DNA of 24,000 bases from an uncultured Gammaproteobacteria bacterium (lineage in GTDB: Bacteria > Pseudomonadota > Gammaproteobacteria > Xanthomonadales > Rhodanobacteraceae). Location: positions 495 to 24,494 of the forward strand of contig CAWDBD010000005.1 of assembly GCA_963800395.1 (NCBI GenBank). Direction: 5' to 3'. The position numbers were made by a program, and so were the translations under genes. Below the pieces are notes generated by a model. It was not told where the DNA came from and ran no database searches. It saw nothing but the letters and a program-made list of their open reading frames with translations. This document shows positions 17,412-24,000 of the stretch, piece by piece (positions within the stretch are counted from its first letter, which is position 1; the number at the start of each line of letters is the position of its first letter).

Positions 17412-18266
17412 ATGGCCTTGAAACTTCTGGCTGTCATCCTGGTGCTGGGCACGCTGGCCATTGCGCCGCAGTGGGCGCGGTTCCGACAATGGCGTTGGTA
17501 TGAACGCTGGTTGAGCCAGCTTGATGGCAGTGCCGGCCTGAGCTGGGTACTGCTGGCCGTTGTGGCCCCGACCCTGCTCGCGGCGTTCATTGCCCTGGCG
17601 CTGGATGGGCTCTGGCTGGAGCTGCTGCCTTTGGCCTTTTCCGTGCTGGTCCTGGCGCTGTGCCTGACTGAGCTGGAACCGGATATCGAGGCCATACTCA
17701 AGGCGCCGGATCACGCGGCACGCACCGAAGCGGCACGCGCCCTGTATATCGATGACGAATCGGCCAGCGTGCCGCTGGACCCGGCCAATCTGGCCGAGGC
17801 CACGGTGATGGCGGCACTGCGGCGCCGCTTTGGCGTGCTGTTCTGGTTTTTCCTGCTGGGGCCGGCCGGCGCCCTGTTGTTCAGACTGGCCCATCGCGCC
17901 TGGCTGGTGACCCGCTCGCAGGACGATGCCGATGCGCGCCGCATTGCCACGCGACTGGCGGCTGGACTGGACTGGCTGCCGGCACACCTGATGGTGCTGG
18001 CCATGGCCCTGGCTTCCAACTTTGACCGCGTGATCCACGCCTGGCGTGCTTGGCATGCGCGCCCGGAACGTTCTGCCTGGGAGTTCGAGCCGGGCTTCCT
18101 GGCTTCCATCGCGCGCGCCAGCGTCGAGGTGTCCGACGATGAGAGCTCGCAGGACCTTGCCCCGGACCTGCGCACGCTGCGCGAAACCAACCTGCTCCTG
18201 CGCCGCCTTCTGGTGGTATGGCTTGCGCTGGCCGCGCTGATCGTCCTTGCCGGCTGGGCAACCTGA
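17412..18266 (+). CDS. AmpE-like inner membrane protein
   Basis: 284 aa with several hydrophobic segments. The layout ALRRRFGVLFWFFLLGPAGALLFRLAHRAWLV...RLAAGLDWLPAHLMVLAMALASNFDRVIHAW resembles AmpE. Confidence 0.65.
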   Translation: MALKLLAVILVLGTLAIAPQWARFRQWRWYERWLSQLDGSAGLSWVLLAVVAPTLLAAFIALALDGLWLELLPLAFSVLVLALCLTELEPDIEAILKAPDHAARTEAARALYIDDESASVPLDPANLAEATVMAALRRRFGVLFWFFLLGPAGALLFRLAHRAWLVTRSQDDADARRIATRLAAGLDWLPAHLMVLAMALASNFDRVIHAWRAWHARPERSAWEFEPGFLASIARASVEVSDDESSQDLAPDLRTLRETNLLLRRLLVVWLALAALIVLAGWAT

Positions 18267-19446
18267 CAGAAAGACCTGTATCGCCCACGACGACGAGGAA
18301 GCCCCGATCAACAGGCATGCCCACGAAGACGAGCAGTCCGCGAGCGGGTCACCATCCGACTGCATCATCGTCGGTGCCAGTTTTGCCGGGCTGGCCTGCG
18401 CCACAGTACTGGCGCGCGCGGGGCTGCGAGTGAAGGTTGTGGAGAAGAAGGTCGATGTCGGCGAAAAGCTGCATACCACCGGCATCATCGTCAAGGACGC
18501 CGTCGACCAGATTGCGCTGCTCGACGCCTTGCCCCCTGAACTGATCCACCGCGTCGACGGCGTGCGCTTGTATGCACCCAACCTGAGGTCGGTCGACCTG
18601 TCCGCGCCAGGCTATTACTTTCTCACCACCGACACGCCCAACCTGATGCGCTGGCTGGCCGGCCAGGCCGAACAGGCAGGTGTCGAACTGGTTTGCGGTG
18701 CCACCTTCCGCAACGCACGGCGCGAACAAAGCGGTTTCGATCTGGGAGAGCTCGGTCGCTGCCGCTATCTGGTAGGTGCCGACGGCCCGCGTTCGCGTGT
18801 GGCCCGGGCCCTTGGCCTGGGACTGAACAGACAGCACCTGTTTGGCGTCGAGCACGAATATCGTCAAACCCGCATCGGCGCGCCCAACATGCTGCACTGC
18901 TTTGTCAGCCGCAGGTTTGCCCGCGGCTATATCGGCTGGGTCGCCAGCGGACCGAAAAGCGTGCAGGTCGGCCTCGCCCGTCGCGTGCGCGGTCAGCCAC
19001 CTCCCCCACGCCAGGCGATGGCCACTTTTCTCGAGCGCATTGCACCGATTTTCGATTTCCGCGACATCGAGCCCGCCTCGGTGCGTGCCGGCATGATTCC
19101 CTGTGGCGGGCTGGTAGACAAGCTGGCCACCCGCCGCGCGCTGCTGGTAGGTGATGCCGCGGGCATGGTGTCGCCGGTGACGGCCGGCGGCATCCATACC
19201 GCACTCAAGCATGGCATGGCCGCCGGCCACGCCATCGCCGACTACCTGAGCGGAAAACGCGAGGACCCGTGCGGCTGGTTCATCGATTCCTATCCGCGTT
19301 TTCGTCTGAAACGGCTGCTGCGCTTCGCTTTTGATCGCTTCCAGAGCGACATCGCGTTCAACCTGATGCTGAGCACGCGTCTGATGCGCAGCGCCGCCGG
19401 ACTTGTCTACTTCCACCACAAGGGCGTTTTCGACAGCAAGCCTTAG
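18247..19446 (+). CDS. NAD(P)/FAD-dependent oxidoreductase, geranylgeranyl-reductase-like
   Basis: Dinucleotide-binding DCIIVGASFAGLACATVLARAGLRVKVVEKK, YLVGADGPRSRVARALGL, RRALLVGDAAGMVSPVTAGGIHTALKHG. Start codon uncertain. Confidence 0.85.
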   Translation: MPAGQPDRKTCIAHDDEEAPINRHAHEDEQSASGSPSDCIIVGASFAGLACATVLARAGLRVKVVEKKVDVGEKLHTTGIIVKDAVDQIALLDALPPELIHRVDGVRLYAPNLRSVDLSAPGYYFLTTDTPNLMRWLAGQAEQAGVELVCGATFRNARREQSGFDLGELGRCRYLVGADGPRSRVARALGLGLNRQHLFGVEHEYRQTRIGAPNMLHCFVSRRFARGYIGWVASGPKSVQVGLARRVRGQPPPPRQAMATFLERIAPIFDFRDIEPASVRAGMIPCGGLVDKLATRRALLVGDAAGMVSPVTAGGIHTALKHGMAAGHAIADYLSGKREDPCGWFIDSYPRFRLKRLLRFAFDRFQSDIAFNLMLSTRLMRSAAGLVYFHHKGVFDSKP

Positions 19447-19508
19447 GTGTGATCTCTCAGTAGGTTGTTCACCCGGGACGTGGCGCGGGAGCTGCGGATC
19501 GGCATTTT

Positions 19509-19628
19509 CGTCATCCTGGGGCCGCCGCAGGCGGAACCCGGGATCCATTTGTTCACTCCACTTCACGGCGCCACTCATCAAAATCAAAATGGATCCTGGA
19601 TCGCCGCTGCGCGGCGTCCAGGATGACG
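19509..19628. repeat. Paired inverted hairpin repeats (cgtcatcctgg...ggatccattt family)
   Basis: Arm 1 at 19509-19550 and inverted arm 2 at 19586-19628. The outer 11 and inner 10 nt are identical, and each arm is itself hairpin-forming. Confidence 0.75.
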
Positions 19629-19757
19629 AGCTGACGACGGATATCCATGCGCACATCAGCCGCATTCCACTGAACAACGTGGCGGGTTTACACACTTAGG
19701 GATGCGCGTGCGCTTGCGTTCAGTCAGGGCATGCCGCCCGGGCGCTGATTTGGGTGG

Positions 19758-20657
19758 CTACAGTTCCGCCAGCGCCTCGCGCAGGTCGCCGACATGCTCC
19801 TGCCACCAGCGAGGCTCGGCGGCGAAAGGGAAGGCAAGCGGAAAGGCCGGATCGTCCCAGCGCGCAGCGATCCAGCCGGCATGGTGGACCTGGCGCATGG
19901 CGCGCAGCGCCGGGATCAGATGGCGCTGGCGCTCATCGATTTCACGAAACTGCCGGTAACCCTCCAGCAGTGCATCCATGGACAGCTCATCGCTGGCCAG
20001 CATCCACAGGTCCTGGATGGCCGGGCCGCTGCGGGCGTCATCGAGGTCGACAAAATGCGGGCCACTGTCCGTCCACAGCACGTTCCCGGCATGGCAATCA
20101 CCATGCAGACGAATCGGGTTGCGTGCCAGCGCCTCGTCGTAGCCGCGCAACGCCGATTGCAACGCATCGGTCACCTGTTCATACGCCGCATAAAGATGAT
20201 CGGGCAGCAGATCCGAATCCTTCACGGCGCGCATGGGGCGTCCCACCAGACTGTCTCGGTCGAGGACGGCGCGATGCGCGAAAGCCGAGGTGGCGCCCAC
20301 ATTGTGCATCCTTGCCAGCAGGCGTCCCATCCATTCCAGATGCTCTGTCGACTGCAGTTCCGGCGCCCTGCCGCCGCGACGCGGATACACGGCAAAGCGG
20401 AAGCCGGCAAACTCGTGCAGACTCTCGCCATCGACAAGAATCGGCGCCACTACCGGCAATTCGGCCGCCTGCAATTCGAAGGAAAAACCATGCTCTTCCC
20501 GGATGGCGGCATCGGTCCAGCGGCCGGGGCGATAGAACTTGGCGACCACGAACTGACCATCATCCAGGCCGATCTGGTACACCCGATTCTCGAAACTGTT
20601 GAGTGCCAGCAGACGCCCGTCGGCGTCCAGACCGGTCGTCTCGACCGCATCCAGCAC
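19758..20657 (-). CDS. srkA: SrkA/YihE-like stress response protein kinase
   Basis: LNSFENRVYQIGLDDGQFVVAKFYRPGRW, IREEHGFSFELQAAELPVVAP, RLHGDCHAGNVLW, HFVDLDDARSGPAIQDLWML. The true start may be upstream of 20657. Confidence 0.9.
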   Translation of the reverse strand: MLDAVETTGLDADGRLLALNSFENRVYQIGLDDGQFVVAKFYRPGRWTDAAIREEHGFSFELQAAELPVVAPILVDGESLHEFAGFRFAVYPRRGGRAPELQSTEHLEWMGRLLARMHNVGATSAFAHRAVLDRDSLVGRPMRAVKDSDLLPDHLYAAYEQVTDALQSALRGYDEALARNPIRLHGDCHAGNVLWTDSGPHFVDLDDARSGPAIQDLWMLASDELSMDALLEGYRQFREIDERQRHLIPALRAMRQVHHAGWIAARWDDPAFPLAFPFAAEPRWWQEHVGDLREALAEL

Positions 20658-20700
20658 GCAATCCGGGTCAAGCCCGGCGTAGGGCTGCTTGCCCGCCTTG

Positions 20701-21144
20701 TTAATTGTCCGGCTCCGTGAGCGGAATGGGCACCACGGCGCAGGTCAGGCGCGCGATGCACACCAGTTGTTGGTAATCATCCACGATGCGTATTTCCCAC
20801 ACCTGGGTGCTGCGGCCGACATGTACCGGCCGCGCCGTGCCATGGACGTGACCCGAATGGGCGGCACGCACGTGGTTGGCATTGATATCCAGCCCTACGG
20901 CCCGTTCGCGCCTCGGATTGCAGCACAGGTTGGCCGCAGTACTGCCCAGGGTCTCGGCCAATGCCACCGAAGCGCCCCCGTGCAAAAGCCCGAACGGTTG
21001 CCGGGTGCGATGATCCACCGGCATGGTTCCCGATACGCTGTCGTCACCGACTTCGGTAATCCGCATCCCCAGTGCCGCGACCATGGTGTTCTCGCAATCC
21101 CGGGCAAGCTGCTCGAGATTGACAGGAGCTTTCCATATGGGCAT
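20701..21144 (-). CDS. PaaI/YdiI-type hotdog thioesterase
   Basis: LGMRITEVGDDSVSGTMPVDHRTRQPFGLLHGGASVALAETLGSTAANL is the hotdog thioesterase motif. ATG 21144 chosen; the 433-aa track ORF extends far upstream antisense to the reductase gene. Confidence 0.88.
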   Translation of the reverse strand: MPIWKAPVNLEQLARDCENTMVAALGMRITEVGDDSVSGTMPVDHRTRQPFGLLHGGASVALAETLGSTAANLCCNPRRERAVGLDINANHVRAAHSGHVHGTARPVHVGRSTQVWEIRIVDDYQQLVCIARLTCAVVPIPLTEPDN

Positions 21145-21327
21145 GTGCATCTCGCCTGCGTGGGGACAATCGCCTATTGTCACCGCTTGGGCCCGGCAGC
21201 GAAACCCTTGCTTGCACAAGGCGCTGCAGCAAGCCCCGGGCAGCGCTTCAGTAGCACTCGGCAGAAATCGGTCGTGGACGGCACCCGGGCACAAGCATGC
21301 AAGTGCACAATCGGTGACAATAGACGC

Positions 21328-22386
21328 ATGCCCTATCAGGTAACCATCGCAGGCAGTGACCGCCAATTCAGTGCCGAGCCGGATGAGACGCTGCTCAATT
21401 CGGCGGGCCATGCCGGTCTGGCTCTGCCCTGGCGCTGCATGGACGGTTCCTGTGGCAGCTGTCGGGCGCGCCTGATCGATGGTGAATGCATTCTCCCGGA
21501 CGGTGCGCGACTGAATGCCGATGGCGATTCGGGTTCGGCGCACGCCGTGCTGATGTGTCAGGCCCTGCCGCGCAGCAACCTGAAACTGGAATTGCCCGGT
21601 ATCCGCAGTGTCGACGACGTGGCCTGCCGGGTGTTTGATCTGGAGCTGGAGGAAAAGCGGCTGCTGTCGCCGGATATTCTGCGCCTGAATTTCAGGGTCC
21701 TGGGCGACGAGTCGCTGCGCTGGCTGCCGGGCCAGTACCTGGAACTGTTGCTGGACAACGGCCAACGACGTGCCTTCTCCATTGCCAACGCCTCCGATGG
21801 CGGCAACCGGATCGAACTGCACGTCCGTCATGTGGCTGAGGGCAACTTCAGTCGCTGGGCGTTCGAATCGCTGGAGGAGGGCATGCGCCTGCGTGCCGAA
21901 GGGCCGCTGGGCACGTTTGTGCCACGGGAAAACTCCGAGCGCGGCCTGCTGTTCATTGCCGGCGGTACCGGCATTGCGCCGATCAAGGCCATGATCGAGC
22001 ATTTCGCCGCGCTGGGCTCACACAGGCCAATGGAACTGTACTGGGGCACTCGGCAACCGGGCGAGCTCTACCTGGGCGAACAGATCGACGCCTGGGCCGA
22101 ACACGTCCCGCAACTGCGCTTTGTTGCCGTGGTATCAGACCCGGAAGTGGCGATTGAAAGTGACGTGCGTCGCGGCATGGTGCTGGACGCGGTGCTGGCC
22201 GATCACCCGCAGCTGGCCGGTTTTGATGTCTACGTGTGCGGGCCGCCGGCCATGGTGGATGCAGCCACCCATGCGTTTGCCGCCACCGACCTGCCCAGCG
22301 CACAGCTGTTCTTCGACAGCTACGAATACGCCCCGGACCTGCTCGCCGACATCCTCGGCCAGCGCGCCGGAATCCACGCCGGCTGA
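21328..22386 (+). CDS. 2Fe-2S ferredoxin/flavin reductase fusion (CDP-6-deoxy-delta-3,4-glucoseen reductase-like)
   Basis: N-terminal ferredoxin with CMDGSCGSC...MC; FNR domain with RAFSIANA, LLFIAGGTGIAPIKAMIEH, YWGTRQPGELYL, YVCGPPAMVDA. Confidence 0.88.
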   Translation: MPYQVTIAGSDRQFSAEPDETLLNSAGHAGLALPWRCMDGSCGSCRARLIDGECILPDGARLNADGDSGSAHAVLMCQALPRSNLKLELPGIRSVDDVACRVFDLELEEKRLLSPDILRLNFRVLGDESLRWLPGQYLELLLDNGQRRAFSIANASDGGNRIELHVRHVAEGNFSRWAFESLEEGMRLRAEGPLGTFVPRENSERGLLFIAGGTGIAPIKAMIEHFAALGSHRPMELYWGTRQPGELYLGEQIDAWAEHVPQLRFVAVVSDPEVAIESDVRRGMVLDAVLADHPQLAGFDVYVCGPPAMVDAATHAFAATDLPSAQLFFDSYEYAPDLLADILGQRAGIHAG

Positions 22387-22415
22387 ACGCTCGCTCACGC
22401 GGGGCTGGCGACGCA

Positions 22416-22449
22416 TCCCGGGTCCCGGGTCCCGAGTCCCGAGTCCCGA
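22416..22449. repeat. Heptanucleotide tandem repeat tcccgRg, about 4.9 copies
   Basis: tcccggg tcccggg tcccgag tcccgag tcccga. Confidence 0.85.
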
Positions 22450-22456
22450 AACCAGC

Positions 22457-23734
22457 CTACGCCCCCTCGTCCTCGACGTCGTAGCCGCCACTTGGCAGGC
22501 GCGGCACGCCATGCTCATCACGCTCTTCCAATACAGGTGCCAGCGCCCCATGCATGCCGGGCAGCAGCCTGACTGGTGCACCACCCGAAGCAATGTCCAG
22601 CGCGTTGCGATAGCACTGGGCGGCTGTCGCCTGATCGTCATCGCCCTGCGCCACGTCACCGAGGGCAGACCAGGCCGGAGCCAGTGACGGATCGCGCTGC
22701 AGGGCCTGCTCCAGATAGTCGCGGGCCTTGCCGTACAAACCCTGGCGCGCGCACAGGCCACCCAGGGCAGCCAGCAGGGCCGCATCATCGGCATGGTTTT
22801 TCAGCCAGCTTTCGGCCTGACGCAGGCGCTGGTCGGCAGGAACATCCTCCAGGCCGATATAAAGGCTGGCCAGATCCGGGTTCCATTGTTTGCGCAAGGA
22901 CGATTCCAGTTCGCCCATGGCCGCCAGTCCGGCACCGCTGCGCGCCGCATGCCAGGCATACACCGACAGCAGATCGGGGTCACTGCGCCTGCCGCGCGGC
23001 AGGTTGCGCCAGATTCCGGCAAGGGACTGCGCATCACCCGCCGATGCCAGTGCCTCGGTCAGCACGGTCTTCTCCAGTCGCGCCATGGCGTCGCTGCCAA
23101 GCGCGCCCGACTTGCGCAGGGAGGGGAGTGATTCCAGCGCACGTGCCGCCTGCCCGGACGCAAGCAATGCCAGCACCAGTTCGTGCCAGCCGGCGGGCGT
23201 CAGCTTGCCGGCCTCGGCCTCCGGACCAAGCAGCTGGGCAGCCTGCTCGGGATCGCCGCGCTCGCGCAGCACCCGCGCCCGCAATACGCGTGCGGCCTGT
23301 GGTGCCAGATCGGTGGCCTGATCGAGACGTTCCAGGGCCCGATCCCAGGCACCGCGCCGCAGCGCGGCATCGGCTTGCAACAACTGGGCCGGCGCCCTCA
23401 AGGGCGTGTAGCGGGCGGCCTTCACCAGACTGCGCTCGGCAAGCTCGTGGCGCCCTTCGAACAGGCCGATGAGGCCTGCGGCCATGCGTTTGTGCCCCAG
23501 GCGTCGGCGGCGCCGTGATACCGCACCGAATGGCCAACGCAGCAGGCGCGCTGCCAATCCGATCAGGGCCCAGAGCAGCAACAGCAGCAAGATGGCGACC
23601 AGCAAACTGGTTTCCACCCGCCAGCCGCGCAGGCGGATCAGCACATGGCCGGGGTCTTCGGCCACCCAATGCCAGCCCCAGGCAGCCAGCACGGCCACCC
23701 CCAGCAGCAGCAGGATCCAGCGCCACAGCTTCAT
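22457..23734 (-). CDS. hemY: HemY-like tetratricopeptide membrane protein
   Basis: Two N-terminal TM segments, FGAVSRRRRRLGHKRMAAGLIGLFEGRHELAERSLVKAA, and TPR-like repeats. Confidence 0.88.
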   Translation of the reverse strand: MKLWRWILLLLGVAVLAAWGWHWVAEDPGHVLIRLRGWRVETSLLVAILLLLLLWALIGLAARLLRWPFGAVSRRRRRLGHKRMAAGLIGLFEGRHELAERSLVKAARYTPLRAPAQLLQADAALRRGAWDRALERLDQATDLAPQAARVLRARVLRERGDPEQAAQLLGPEAEAGKLTPAGWHELVLALLASGQAARALESLPSLRKSGALGSDAMARLEKTVLTEALASAGDAQSLAGIWRNLPRGRRSDPDLLSVYAWHAARSGAGLAAMGELESSLRKQWNPDLASLYIGLEDVPADQRLRQAESWLKNHADDAALLAALGGLCARQGLYGKARDYLEQALQRDPSLAPAWSALGDVAQGDDDQATAAQCYRNALDIASGGAPVRLLPGMHGALAPVLEERDEHGVPRLPSGGYDVEDEGA

Positions 23735-24000
23735 GCGCCGGCTGCCGTCTGCGCGCGCGCGGGTTCAGCGGCCGGTGGCGCCAGTGGCGTGGCATTCATT
23801 TGTCGCACCTGCAGCTGGTTGCGCAATGCAGTCAAGGCCGCACCAAGCTGCACGTCCACCTTGTCGGCGTCAGCAAGCTGGCTGGCCAGTTGCGACAGCA
23901 CCTGCCTGGCCTGCATGACCTTCGGGCTGTCTGCATCATATTCCCTGGCCAGCGTCGCACCCACGCGCTGAACGGCGCCCATTGCACGCGCCGGGTCATT
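23731..24000 (-). CDS. hemX: HemX-like protein, C-terminal part (N-terminus beyond the right edge)
   Basis: NDPARAMGAVQRVGATLAREYDADSPKVMQARQVLSQLASQLADADKVDVQLGAALTALRNQLQ, directly upstream of hemY with a 4-bp overlap. Confidence 0.65.
   Translation of the reverse strand, partial: NDPARAMGAVQRVGATLAREYDADSPKVMQARQVLSQLASQLADADKVDVQLGAALTALRNQLQVRQMNATPLAPPAAEPARAQTAAGA

Noticed and set aside
17052-18581. 509-aa minus-strand ORF
   Set aside because: Antisense to the AmpE-like gene and the start of the FAD oxidoreductase gene; low-complexity composition with no domain motif. Long antisense ORFs are expected in GC-rich DNA.
18349-19695. 448-aa minus-strand ORF
   Set aside because: Antisense to the FAD-dependent oxidoreductase with conserved motifs; also runs into the intergenic hairpin repeat.
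19794-20720. 308-aa plus-strand ORF
   Set aside because: Antisense to the SrkA-like kinase; no domain motif.
20689-21327. N-terminal extension of the 565-aa plus-strand ORF
   Set aside because: Antisense to the thioesterase gene; the ferredoxin domain begins at MPYQVTIAG (21328).
21145-22002. Upstream extension of the thioesterase ORF (433 aa in the track)
   Set aside because: Overlaps the ferredoxin-reductase gene in antisense; hotdog thioesterases are about 140 aa, matching the ATG at 21144.

Overview
Gammaproteobacterial-type chromosomal window (GC-rich, densely packed). Readable from left to right: a hipBA-type toxin-antitoxin pair whose hipA runs off the left edge; a tRNA-Met(CAT) preceded by a truncated tRNA-Met 5' half; rppH; bfd-bfr; a large REC/GGDEF/EAL-like protein with degenerate motifs; hemJ; a DUF6776-like membrane protein and a bactofilin; a secreted beta-helix protein with an IPTL-CTERM-like tail; erpA; nudC; a secreted amidohydrolase; a compact four-gene archaic (Csu/spore-coat-U type) chaperone-usher pilus locus with a good sigma-54 promoter candidate; an AmpE-like protein; an FAD oxidoreductase; an intergenic paired-hairpin repeat; an SrkA-like kinase; a hotdog thioesterase; a ferredoxin-flavin reductase; and hemY plus the end of a hemX-like gene. 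I found no phage, CRISPR array or clearly new defence system. The best leads are the pilus locus with its control region, the apparently inactive c-di-GMP-like protein, the tRNA-Met half copy with compensatory stem changes, and several small repeats. All assignments come from reading the sequence and protein motifs; no database search was run.
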